64,000 nucleotides of DNA from Terriglobales bacterium (lineage in GTDB: Bacteria; Acidobacteriota; Terriglobia; Terriglobales; Acidobacteriaceae): the NCBI GenBank assembly GCA_044447375.1, contig JBIOFT010000003.1:131-64130 (forward strand), written 5' to 3'. The notes below the pieces were generated by a model. The model was not told the DNA's origin. It worked only from the letters and a program-made list of their open reading frames with translations, and did no database searches. Numbering within the stretch: position 1 is the first letter of the stretch; every line of letters begins with the position of its first letter. Both the position numbers and the translations under genes were made by a program. Shown here one piece after another: positions 40,572 to 49,243 of the stretch.

Positions 40572-41630
40572 TCTTCTCAGCGCCCATTCCGCATGTTCTG
40601 CCACAACGCGATCCGGATCGTGGACTAGTTGCTCGAGCAGTGGCACGAAGCCCCGCTCGCCGCTGTTGCCCATCGCTACCACCGCGTTCCGCCGCAGGCC
40701 GGAACGCTTGGCGCGCCGGATCGGCGAACCGCGGAAAGCGGTGCGAAAGTCCTCGGCAGAGAGGTTCGCCAGCCACGCCAGCGCAGGGTGAAAGCGCTCC
40801 GAGTGGGGCTGGAACTCGGGTGCAGAAGAAGCGGGCGCCTTGCGGTTCCAGGGGCAGACGTCCTGGCAGATGTCGCAGCCGAAGACGTGGTTTCCCATGC
40901 CCGGGCGGAGTTCTTCCGGGATGGCGCCGCGCTTTTCGATGGTGAGATACGAGATGCAGCGCGTGGCGTCCAGTTCGTGGGGAGCTACGAAGGCCTGGGT
41001 CGGGCAGGCATCGAGGCAGCGGGTGCAGGAGCCGCAGCGGTCCGCCGCCGGCAGGTCCGGAGCCAGCTCCAGCGAGGTGAGGATCACGCCCAGGAACAGC
41101 CATGAGCCCACGCGCTGGTTGATCAGGCAGGTGTTCTTCCCGATCCATCCAATCCCGGCATAGGCGGCAAAGACGCGCTCGACCACTGGTCCGGTATCGA
41201 CGTAGCAGCGGGTCTGGAGCGCCGGATCGGCGGCTTCCTCCCGCAGCCGAGCTTCTACGCGACGCAGGCGTTCCATGACCACCTCGTGATAGTCGGCGTC
41301 TCCCCAGGCATAGCGGGAGATCCATCCTCGCTCGGGATCATGGCATTCGGCCGCGCGGGGATGGGCGGTGTTGTAATTCAGCGCGCAGACGATTACCGAG
41401 CGCGCCCAGGGAGCCACGCGCTCGAGCGCCGCGCGCTTGAGACGCCCCCGGTGGTCGCGGGATTCGAGGTAGGCCATCTCGCCGGCACGTCCGGCGGCAA
41501 TCCAGTCGGAGAAGAACCGCAGTTCGCGCGAATCGCCGAGCCGCGCTGGGGCGATACCGGCCAGATCAAAGCCGGCTTCGGTGGCGGCTGCCTTGACCAG
41601 GGCTTCGAGTTGGGCGGCAGAATTCGGCAT
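40560..41630 (-). CDS. queG: epoxyqueuosine reductase
   Basis: 356 aa. 4Fe-4S motifs CGSCTRCLDACP and CDICQDVCPWN, plus a HEAT-like C-terminus. The last 4 codons lie inside a GTACC repeat arm. Confidence 0.9.
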   Translation of the reverse strand: MPNSAAQLEALVKAAATEAGFDLAGIAPARLGDSRELRFFSDWIAAGRAGEMAYLESRDHRGRLKRAALERVAPWARSVIVCALNYNTAHPRAAECHDPERGWISRYAWGDADYHEVVMERLRRVEARLREEAADPALQTRCYVDTGPVVERVFAAYAGIGWIGKNTCLINQRVGSWLFLGVILTSLELAPDLPAADRCGSCTRCLDACPTQAFVAPHELDATRCISYLTIEKRGAIPEELRPGMGNHVFGCDICQDVCPWNRKAPASSAPEFQPHSERFHPALAWLANLSAEDFRTAFRGSPIRRAKRSGLRRNAVVAMGNSGERGFVPLLEQLVHDPDRVVAEHAEWALRRSTE

Positions 41631-41642
41631 CCCGGCACAACC

Positions 41643-42086
41643 TCAGGCGGCAGCGTGGCTGCGCTCGTAGCCGACGGCGGCGTAGTAGACCGCGCGCTCG
41701 AAGAACTGGTCGAGGAGTTGCAGCATCTCCAGTTCGCCGAACACCTCGCTGGGCCGTTCGATGGCGGCTTCGCGGTTGAGAAAGTCGAACAGATTGTCCT
41801 TCACCAGCAGGATGGCCCAGATGAGCTGGCTGAGCAGGACACCCTGGCGGCAGCGCAGGCCTCCGATTTCCAGGTAGCGCTGCTCCACGTCGGATTCCTG
41901 CTTGGTGATCAGCCATTGCCCCAGGTGATGGTAGATCTCGTGGACCCGCTGCCGCAGGTCGTCAGGTGGGACCTTATCGACGTAGTTCCGCGTCTTCTCC
42001 GATTGCCTGGTCCTATCCAGAAGAGACGCCGCCAGACCATCGGAGTGGGTCTCGATCAGGCGCACCAGGCGTTGCGCAGCCAGCAT
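41643..42086 (-). CDS. RsbRD N-terminal-domain-like helical protein
   Basis: 147 aa, all helical. The family call is from memory of RsbRD_N-type sequences and is weak. Confidence 0.4.
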   Translation of the reverse strand: MLAAQRLVRLIETHSDGLAASLLDRTRQSEKTRNYVDKVPPDDLRQRVHEIYHHLGQWLITKQESDVEQRYLEIGGLRCRQGVLLSQLIWAILLVKDNLFDFLNREAAIERPSEVFGELEMLQLLDQFFERAVYYAAVGYERSHAAA

Positions 42087-42189
42087 GAAGAGCCTCCGTC
42101 AGAAACGCATCGCATGAGGCTATGCCGCAGGCGGGCGGATGGTCAACCCAACGGCGGGGGACACTTCTCCTCTGGCTGCGCCTTCGGCG

Positions 42190-42501
42190 CTAGATCCCCA
42201 ACTTCTTGACTTCCTCGTTGTAGTACTTGCGGTAGAGGATGTCCCATTCCTGGGTGCCTTCCAGGATGGTGCGCTTCTGGCTCTCAATCTTCTGGCGGGC
42301 GGCGGCATCAATCCTGGCCTCGGCTTTGAGCACCTCTTCCAGGATGCGGCGGACTTCCAGGCGGATGGTGTTGTGGTCCTCGACGAACTTCACCGTCTCT
42401 AGCGCCGCCAGCGCGTCGGTGACGCTATGGGCCAGTTTGTTGAGCTTGTCGCGGCTGAGCCGCAGGCCCGAGTTGCGCTCGATCTCCGGCAGTCTCACCA
42501 T
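42190..42501 (-). CDS. DUF507-family protein
   Basis: From ATG 42501 (MVRLPEIERNSGLRLSRDKLNKLAHSVTDAL...YRKYYNEEVKKLGI). Paralogous to 45095..45373. Confidence 0.7.
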   Translation of the reverse strand: MVRLPEIERNSGLRLSRDKLNKLAHSVTDALAALETVKFVEDHNTIRLEVRRILEEVLKAEARIDAAARQKIESQKRTILEGTQEWDILYRKYYNEEVKKLGI

Positions 42502-42680
42502 GTGCGGGCTTGGATGATAGCATGCCGCCGGGGCCGTTTCCTGCCGTCCCCGGGGGGGCCCGAAACGGCCCTCACCAAAGGTGCCAGTCCCAAGATGTAC
42601 TCCGGCGGTGCCCTTCTCGGCCATTTGGCCCTTTCCTCCGCCGCCAATCCGGATAAGAATAGGGGGGACAGTTTGCTCCG

Positions 42681-44963
42681 ATGAGACACGGGTCCACTCC
42701 CGAAGCGGGAGGGCCGGGCCGGCGTTGCCGCTTGCCCGAGCTTTCCAAGCCGTACTCCACCGAATCGGATCCTATCCAGCGGTTGCTGGCCTTCGCCTAC
42801 GTGCAGGCGCAAAAGACCCATCAGGAAGCCGAAGAAGAGCTGCGCAAGGACGCCGGTACCCTGTCGGCGGTGCTGGCGGCGCAGAGCCAGCTAGCGGCCG
42901 CGCACCTTGACCTGGAGCAATCGCTTGACTTCATCGCCGACGGAGCGCGCCGCCTTACCGGCGCCGGTGGCGCCGCCATCGCCCTGCGCGAGGGCCGCAA
43001 CGTGGTCTGCCGCGGGCGCTCCGGTCTGATCGCGCCCGACCTGGGGGCGTGCCTGAATCCGGAGTCCGGCATCTCCGGCGAGTGTTTAAGCAGCGGCGAG
43101 GTTCAGCTCTGTGATGATACGGAGCACGACCGCCGCGTCGATGTCTGGGTGTGCCGCAACCTGGGGATGCGTTCCATCCTGGCCGTGCCCTTGCGCCGCC
43201 AGGAGGACGTGCTCGGCATCATCGTGGTCTTTTCCGGATGGGCCGGGGTCTTCGGCGAGCGCGACATCCGCGCCCTCAAACTGCTCGCCGGGCTGGTGAT
43301 CGAGGCGCTGTGGTCGCACGAAGTCCACCGGCGGCAAGCTCCCGCACCCCAGCCAGCCGGGAGGTTGGAAGCCCCTGAGCCCGCAGCCGAGGCCCTTGCC
43401 GCGGACCTGGGTCAGATTCTCGAAGTGGCCGCCGCGCCCGCTGTGTTCGAGCCGGCCCTGTCGGCGCCGGAGATTGAAGAAATTCTGGCTTCGCTGGAGC
43501 GGTCGGCGGCGACGCCAGCGGCAGCGGCCGAGGCCGAACTGCCGGCCCCGGAGTTCGCCGTACTCGCAAGCGCCCAACCCCGGCGCCTGGGGCGGGCGCT
43601 GGCGATCCTCGCCGTCGCCATCGCAGTTCTGGCCGGCGCCACCGGGGCGGTGCTGTGGCGCGGCGCGGCTCTGCGAGAGCTTCTCCATCTCAAACCGGCG
43701 GCGGTTGCGCCCCGCACCGCTATGCCCGCTCCCAGGGTGACTCCAGCGCCGGAGACGCGCAGCCCGGCGACGAGTGCGGAACCGCCCGCCATTGCCGTGC
43801 CCGAAGTCCCGTCAGGGCCTGCACCCGCCGCCGGCCCTTCGCAACTGCTTTCCATCCGCTCCTGGTCGAAGCCGGAGGGCACCACCATCGCCCTGTTCCT
43901 GGCAGCTCCGGCGCGGTGGGAAGCGGGAGTACTGAAAGATCCCGAGCGCATCTATTTTGACCTGGAGAACACCCAACTGGCGCCGGAGATGTTGGGGAAA
44001 TCCCGCGAAGGCCTCGCCATCCAGGTGAATGATGCGCTGGTGAAGCGTGTCCGTGTCGGCATGCGCGAGAGCTCGGCGGCGCGCATCGTCATCGACCTGG
44101 CGGCGCCCGCCGAATACTCCGCCGTGCTTTCGCCCACCGAGCCCTACCGGCTGATGATCGTGATCCGCGGCGTGCCGGCGCCGGGCAGTGCGCCCGCGAA
44201 GCCGGAACCAGCGCCCTCGAAGAAAACACCTAGCCCGGAGCCACGCACGCCCGCACCCGGCACGGCTCTGAACCGTCCCCCGAAAATCGTCATCGATCCC
44301 GGCCATGGCGGCGCCGAGGACGGCGCCATCGGCCACAGCGGCCTGAAAGAAAAAGACCTGACGCTGGAGATCGCGAAGCGGCTGGGTGGCCTGCTTTCCA
44401 ACCGCCTGGGAGCGGAAGTGATCTACACCCGCACCAGCGACCTCACCGTTCCGCTCGATGCCCGGGCGGCGGTCGCCAACCAGGCCGGCGCCGACCTGTT
44501 TATCTCCATTCACGCGAATTCCAGCGACGATACAGGCGCGCGTGGGGTGGAAACCTACTACGTGGCCAACAGTCCTTCCTCGGCCGCGGTTTCGCTCCCC
44601 GGGCGTGAGAACGCCGCCAAGACGGGCGCCCTGAAGCCGGTGGCGGAGGAACGCAAGCTGGGCGAATCTCACAAGCTTGCCGTGGACGTGCAGCAGGCGC
44701 TCTACCACGCTTTCGGCGGCGAGAAGGGCGTGCTGAATCGCGGCGTGAAACAGGCGCCGTTCGTGGTGCTGCTCGACGCCGACATGCCTTCCATCTTGGC
44801 CGAGGTGGCGTTCGTCACCAGTCCCGCCGACGAGCACAAGCTAAGCACTGCGGAAGGGCAGGAGGCGGTTGCGGACGCGCTTTGCCGCGGCATCGCCCGC
44901 TATCTCGCGGCAGCCAGGCGGAACAAGGTGGTTGCCACGCTGGGCGCCAGCACCGGACAGTAG
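42681..44963 (+). CDS. GAF - TM - AMIN - N-acetylmuramoyl-L-alanine amidase fusion
   Basis: 760 aa. GAF-like N-terminus (RSILAVPLRRQEDVLGIIVVFS). TM segment LGRALAILAVAIAVLAGATGAVLW. AMIN-like segment (RIYFDLENT...RIVIDL). Amidase_3 motifs (IVIDPGHGG, ISIHANS). Confidence 0.8.
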   Translation: MRHGSTPEAGGPGRRCRLPELSKPYSTESDPIQRLLAFAYVQAQKTHQEAEEELRKDAGTLSAVLAAQSQLAAAHLDLEQSLDFIADGARRLTGAGGAAIALREGRNVVCRGRSGLIAPDLGACLNPESGISGECLSSGEVQLCDDTEHDRRVDVWVCRNLGMRSILAVPLRRQEDVLGIIVVFSGWAGVFGERDIRALKLLAGLVIEALWSHEVHRRQAPAPQPAGRLEAPEPAAEALAADLGQILEVAAAPAVFEPALSAPEIEEILASLERSAATPAAAAEAELPAPEFAVLASAQPRRLGRALAILAVAIAVLAGATGAVLWRGAALRELLHLKPAAVAPRTAMPAPRVTPAPETRSPATSAEPPAIAVPEVPSGPAPAAGPSQLLSIRSWSKPEGTTIALFLAAPARWEAGVLKDPERIYFDLENTQLAPEMLGKSREGLAIQVNDALVKRVRVGMRESSAARIVIDLAAPAEYSAVLSPTEPYRLMIVIRGVPAPGSAPAKPEPAPSKKTPSPEPRTPAPGTALNRPPKIVIDPGHGGAEDGAIGHSGLKEKDLTLEIAKRLGGLLSNRLGAEVIYTRTSDLTVPLDARAAVANQAGADLFISIHANSSDDTGARGVETYYVANSPSSAAVSLPGRENAAKTGALKPVAEERKLGESHKLAVDVQQALYHAFGGEKGVLNRGVKQAPFVVLLDADMPSILAEVAFVTSPADEHKLSTAEGQEAVADALCRGIARYLAAARRNKVVATLGASTGQ

Positions 44964-45065
44964 GGAATTGGGTAATTTTGGTGATTTGGTAATTGTGTAA
45001 TTTGAAAAACCCGCCGGGGGCTTCCGCTCAATTACCCAATTACCAAATTACCCAATTACCAAATT
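44964..45065. repeat. inverted repeat of TTACC/GGTAA units
   Basis: ggaattgggtaattttggtgatttggtaattgtgtaatttg - 25 nt - aattacccaattaccaaattacccaattaccaaatt. Confidence 0.9.
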
Positions 45066-45094
45066 GATGGCTCAGGCTTGTCCCTTCGCGGTGG

Positions 45095-45373
45095 CTACAG
45101 CACGGCTTTGTACTTGCGCACCAGCTCGCCCTTCACCTTCTTGAACATCTCCTGGTAGCTGGCGCCGCTCTTGCGCATTTCTTCGGAGTACTGCTCGAGG
45201 ATGGCGCGCACTTCGTCGTTGATGCGGTCTTCCAGGCTCATCTCTTCGAGCAGCGCGGAGTGGATCCGCTGCAGTGTGGCAGGCTCGGCCGTGGTCTCGA
45301 TGAACTCGCCTTTGATCAGTTGCTTGCTGACCTCACGGGCCATGTAGCCGACGTATTCTTTGGAGAGGATCAT
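45095..45373 (-). CDS. DUF507-family protein
   Basis: 92 aa. MILSKEYVGYMAREVSKQLIKGEFIE...DEVRAILEQYSEEM. Confidence 0.7.
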   Translation of the reverse strand: MILSKEYVGYMAREVSKQLIKGEFIETTAEPATLQRIHSALLEEMSLEDRINDEVRAILEQYSEEMRKSGASYQEMFKKVKGELVRKYKAVL

Positions 45374-45479
45374 GGTGCGCGTCCCACAGGGATTGGTGGG
45401 ACAAAAAGAATATCACACGGGTTTAGGGGCAACAGAAACGCCTGCCGCGAGTTGGGCATGACAGTGCACCGTGGGACGG

Positions 45480-45800
45480 CTACAGTGCCCGTCTGAGCTT
45501 GCGGAACTGGCTGATCTCGACTTTCCCTTCGGGGAACACCGCCTCAATTCGCAAGCGTCCTCCCATGGCCTTAACGAAGTCCCGCAGTGTGCTGACGTAC
45601 ATGTCAGCCCGGTGCTCCAATTTCGAGATCGCCGCCTGATTCACACCCAAAATCCTGGCGAGGTGTTCTTGTGTCATCTCGCGTGCTTGGCGGAGCTCAT
45701 CCAGCGCCATGCTCTGGGCGTATTCTCGCGCCTTTGTCCGGGCGCGCTCTTGAGCCTCAAGGGGCATCTTTTCTCTTAGCGCGTTGAAGTTTTTTGCCAT
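45480..45800 (-). CDS. XRE-family HTH antitoxin (HigA-like)
   Basis: From ATG 45800. MTQEHLARILGVNQAAISKLE is an HTH. It lies immediately downstream of a RelE/ParE-superfamily toxin gene. Confidence 0.8.
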   Translation of the reverse strand: MAKNFNALREKMPLEAQERARTKAREYAQSMALDELRQAREMTQEHLARILGVNQAAISKLEHRADMYVSTLRDFVKAMGGRLRIEAVFPEGKVEISQFRKLRRAL

Positions 45801-46185
45801 CGTCCGTCTCCTTTTTCGCCCGTTCTCGCTCAAGTTCCTCCAGATGCTTATCCAACAGCATATCCGCGATTGGAACAAATTGATCGTACCAACCGGGATT
45901 GCCTGTCTTGTCGCCGCCGATGAGCAAGATCGCGGTCCTGTTTGTGTCGAATGCGTAGAGAACCCGCAGCTCGTGGGGTTGGCCTCCGGGCTGTCCCGCC
46001 CTGCCGCGCAGTTCTTTCATGTTGGCATGCTTGGATTGGGTGATCACGTCCGAATGCGGGCGTGGAAGAACGGGGCCGCGCTCTTGCAATAACCGCACCT
46101 TGGCGTCAATTTCCACCTGCTCATCCAGGGAAAGCGTTTCCCACCAGGTCCCGAACTCGCCCGTGTACTCAACCTCCCATGCCAT
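45757..46185 (-). CDS. RelE/ParE-superfamily toxin (HigB/Gp49-like)
   Basis: From ATG 46185. MAWEVEY...MKELR...LRVLYAFDTNRTAILLIGGDKTG...WY is typical of the Gp49/HigB family. The toxin gene comes first. Confidence 0.8.
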   Translation of the reverse strand: MAWEVEYTGEFGTWWETLSLDEQVEIDAKVRLLQERGPVLPRPHSDVITQSKHANMKELRGRAGQPGGQPHELRVLYAFDTNRTAILLIGGDKTGNPGWYDQFVPIADMLLDKHLEELERERAKKETDDGKKLQRAKRKDAP

Positions 46186-46337
46186 GGATAGAATATAACT
46201 CACAAGGAATGTACATGCAACTACCTGCGAGAGCGGATTTTGCATGTCCCAATGGGTTTGACCCTCGCCGCGTCGCGTGGTAGCTTTAGCCGCTTGCCGC
46301 TGGTACGTGCGCGGACTCTCTCGCGGTCGAGGCAATC

Positions 46338-46646
46338 ATGGAAGCGCTGGGAATGATCGAAACCAAGGGCCTGGTGGGCGCTATCGAAGCGGCCGATGCC
46401 GCCGTCAAGGCCGCCAACGTCATCCTGGTGCACAAGGAATACATCGGAGCGGGCTACGTCACGGTGATGGTGCGGGGCGACGTGGCCTCGGTGAAAGCCG
46501 CCACCGACGCCGGCGCCGCCGCCGCCCGCCGCGTCGGCGAATTGGTGGCCGTACACGTCATTCCGCGTCCGCACGGCGATCTCGATGCGGCCATGCCCAT
46601 GCTCACCGGCAAAGCCGGACCGGCGAAAAAGGGCGCGCTGGGATAG
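46338..46646 (+). CDS. bacterial microcompartment shell protein, BMC-H (PduA/EutM/CcmK type)
   Basis: 102 aa. [26 protein letters not shown]...[38 protein letters not shown] is a near-consensus BMC domain. Confidence 0.92.
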   Translation: MEALGMIETKGLVGAIEAADAAVKAANVILVHKEYIGAGYVTVMVRGDVASVKAATDAGAAAARRVGELVAVHVIPRPHGDLDAAMPMLTGKAGPAKKGALG

Positions 46647-46653
46647 AGCTATC

Positions 46654-46745
46654 GGGTAATTGGGTAAGTGGGTAATTGGGTAATTGAGCCGATCCTGCCG
46701 ACGGCTCTTCATTTACCCAATTACCAGATTACCCAATTACTCAAT
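46654..46745. repeat. inverted repeat of TTACC/GGTAA units between the BMC-H and aldehyde dehydrogenase genes
   Basis: gggtaattgggtaagtgggtaattgggtaattgag - 23 nt - atttacccaattaccagattacccaattactcaat. Confidence 0.9.
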
Positions 46746-46765
46746 CGTGCAATCCTCCACTTCCC

Positions 46766-48541
46766 GTGTCCGCTCTTCCCCAATCCGCGGTTAACCGAGA
46801 CGACCGCTCCGTCGCCGAAGCTCGCGAACTGATCGAGCGCGCGTACAACGCCTTTCTCGAATTCCAGCATTTCACCCAGGAACAGGTAGACCGCGTCATC
46901 GACGCCATGGCGGCTGCGGCCACGGCGGCCGCGGAAAAGATCGCGCGCCTGGCGGTTGAGGAGACCGGCTACGGCGTGGTCGCCGACAAGGTGCAGAAGA
47001 ACCTGTTCTCCTCCGAGCGCGTGTACCAGGCCCTCCGCGGGATGAAGACCGTGGGCATCGTGCGCGAGGACCGCGAGCAGGGCATCATCGAAGTGGCAGC
47101 GCCGGTGGGCGTGGTGGCGGCGGTGCTGCCCTCGACCAACCCAACTTCCACGGCCATCTACAAGATCCTGATTGCGCTCAAGGGCCGCAACGCCATCGTG
47201 CTCAGCCCGCATCCCACGGCGTTCCGCTGCACCTGCGAGATCACCAGCATCATGCGCGACGCGGCCATCAAAGCGGGAGCGCCCTCCGACGTGATCTGCT
47301 GCTTCTCCACGCCCACCCTGGCCGGCACCCAGGAACTGATGAAGCACCGGCGCACCAGCGTGATTCTGGCCACCGGCGGGATGGGGATCGTGCGCGCCGC
47401 CTACAGCTCGGGCAAGCCGGCGTTCGGCGTCGGCCCAGGCAACGTGCCGGTGTTCATCGACCGCAGCGCCGACGTGAAGAAAGCCGTCGCCGATGTGGTC
47501 TTCGGCAAGACCTTCGACAACGGCACCATTTGTTCGTCCGAGCAGGCGGTCGTTGCGGAGGAAGCCATCCGAGAGCAGGTGACCGAGGAACTGAAGCGCA
47601 ACGGCGCGCACTTCCTCAGCGAAGATGAGATCCAGCGCCTCGGCCGCGACATGGTGAACCTGGAGCAGCACACCATCAATCCCAAGTTCGTGGGCAAGTC
47701 GGCACAGCGGGTGGCGGAGTTGGCGGGATTCAAAGTGCCCGATGGCACGCGCGTGCTGGTGGCCCTGCTGAAGGGTGTGGGTCGCGAGCATCCGCTCTCC
47801 GCGGAGAAGCTCTCGCCGGTGCTGGCGCTCTACTTCACGCGCGATCGCAGTGCTGGATTCGATACCTGCCTGGCACTGCTGCGCTTCGGCGGTCTGGGAC
47901 ACACCTGCGTGATCCACGGGCGCGACGACGCCGTAATCCGCCAATACGGGCTGAAGATGCCGGCCGGACGCATCGTGGTGAACAGCCCGGCGCCGCAGGG
48001 ATCGACCGGCTCCTCAACCAATCTTTTTCCGGCGATGACGCTGGGTTGCGGCGCCATCGGCGGCAACATCACCTCCGACAATATTTCGCCCATGCACCTC
48101 ATCAACCTGCGCCGGCTGGCCTATGAGGCGCGCCCGGTGACGCAGAAAGAAGTCGCGCTGGTAACCGGAGTTGCGGCGCCGGCTGCAACTGCGGCTGCGT
48201 GCGCCTGTCAGGCCGGAGAGAAAGAAGAGGGTGTTCCGCTTGCTGCCAGCGGCGCACCCGATCGCGTGGCCGTAGCCCACGCCATCGAGCGTTTTCTGGC
48301 GAAGAAGACGGGCAAGCCCGCGCCTGCACCCGATGCCCTGACTCCGAAGCCAGCACCGACGCCGGCCCCGGCGCCTCCGGTCTCCCGTCCCAAACCGCGC
48401 CCCGTGGACTTTGTAAGCGAGGAAGAGATCCGCGCCGCGCTCAAGCGCAAAGAGAAGATCCTGATCGGCAGCAAGACCATCATCACGCCCGCCGCGCGCG
48501 ATCTGGCCGCACAGCACGACGTGTTCACCATCGCGGAGTGA
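46766..48541 (+). CDS. acylating (CoA-dependent) aldehyde dehydrogenase, PduP/EutE-like, with ~130-aa C-terminal extension
   Basis: 591 aa. [31 protein letters not shown] and catalytic [11 protein letters not shown] motifs. Pro/Ala-rich linker plus a terminal module. GTG start is uncertain. Confidence 0.88.
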   Translation: MSALPQSAVNRDDRSVAEARELIERAYNAFLEFQHFTQEQVDRVIDAMAAAATAAAEKIARLAVEETGYGVVADKVQKNLFSSERVYQALRGMKTVGIVREDREQGIIEVAAPVGVVAAVLPSTNPTSTAIYKILIALKGRNAIVLSPHPTAFRCTCEITSIMRDAAIKAGAPSDVICCFSTPTLAGTQELMKHRRTSVILATGGMGIVRAAYSSGKPAFGVGPGNVPVFIDRSADVKKAVADVVFGKTFDNGTICSSEQAVVAEEAIREQVTEELKRNGAHFLSEDEIQRLGRDMVNLEQHTINPKFVGKSAQRVAELAGFKVPDGTRVLVALLKGVGREHPLSAEKLSPVLALYFTRDRSAGFDTCLALLRFGGLGHTCVIHGRDDAVIRQYGLKMPAGRIVVNSPAPQGSTGSSTNLFPAMTLGCGAIGGNITSDNISPMHLINLRRLAYEARPVTQKEVALVTGVAAPAATAAACACQAGEKEEGVPLAASGAPDRVAVAHAIERFLAKKTGKPAPAPDALTPKPAPTPAPAPPVSRPKPRPVDFVSEEEIRAALKRKEKILIGSKTIITPAARDLAAQHDVFTIAE

Positions 48542-48627
48542 TCCCCGCTGCTCCTCCGGCCGGCTAATAAAAGTTTTGTATTGCAAACTTATATTAGGCC
48601 GCGTTAAGCATAAGTTGGGTTAAGTTA

Positions 48628-48669
48628 CTTGCAGCGCAGCACGATGTGTTCGCGATTGCCGAGTGATTC
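48628..48669 (+). other. relic copy of the last 12 codons plus stop of the aldehyde dehydrogenase gene
   Basis: [12 protein letters not shown] here versus [12 protein letters not shown] at 48503-48541. 32 of 42 nt are identical and most differences are synonymous. The frame is closed by TAG at 48595. Confidence 0.6.
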
Positions 48670-48754
48670 TGCAACCCCCAATGGAAATCACGTAGGCTGA
48701 GCCGCCCTCAGCAACCCGGCTCTTTGCCCAGATTTTCGGAGTACAATCTCAGCC

Positions 48755-49030
48755 GTGGTCTGCCCGAAGTGTGGAGCGCAACACGAGAACGTTAAGGGCC
48801 AGTGCCCTCACTGTTACACGTCCAGGCAGCTTTCTAAGCGGCAGAAGGAGCGCCCAGACGAGTCAGGCATAAGCGGCCCGTTCCCGTTTTACACTGGCAA
48901 GTGTTCGACGTGTGGTCAAGAAGTGTCGGGAACGCTGATTCGCCTGTCGATTGAGAACGCCAAACTGTTGGGGTTCAGTGAGTGGTTCTCCCCGAACCCC
49001 CACGATTGTGTCAAGAGGGCTGCCTCTTGA
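48755..49030 (+). CDS. hypothetical zinc-ribbon protein
   Basis: 91 aa. CPKCG...CPHC and CSTCG. GTG start. GC is lower than the surroundings. Confidence 0.45.
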   Translation: MVCPKCGAQHENVKGQCPHCYTSRQLSKRQKERPDESGISGPFPFYTGKCSTCGQEVSGTLIRLSIENAKLLGFSEWFSPNPHDCVKRAAS

Positions 49031-49060
49031 TCGGGAACCCCCAACGAGGGGAGCAATGCA

Positions 49061-49219
49061 ATGCTCAAACGGGTCGAGATCATAGATGGCAAATTCATTT
49101 GGTGCTGCAACGTCTGTGGTTGGGAGTCGGATCCTCCAGTGCCAAAACACCAGCAAGAGACTCCTCCCGCACATGAGTGCGAGAAACCACGAAGCCCGTG
49201 TTTAGCTGAGACTCCCTAG
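49061..49219 (+). CDS. hypothetical small Cys-rich protein
   Basis: 52 aa, hand-translated: MLKRVEIIDGKFIWCCNVCGWESDPPVPKHQQETPPAHECEKPRSPCLAETP*. GAGGGGAG lies 8 nt upstream. Absent from the track because it is under 60 aa. Confidence 0.4.
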   Translation: MLKRVEIIDGKFIWCCNVCGWESDPPVPKHQQETPPAHECEKPRSPCLAETP

Positions 49220-49243
49220 ACGCTGCAATCTTGGAGGTGCCGG

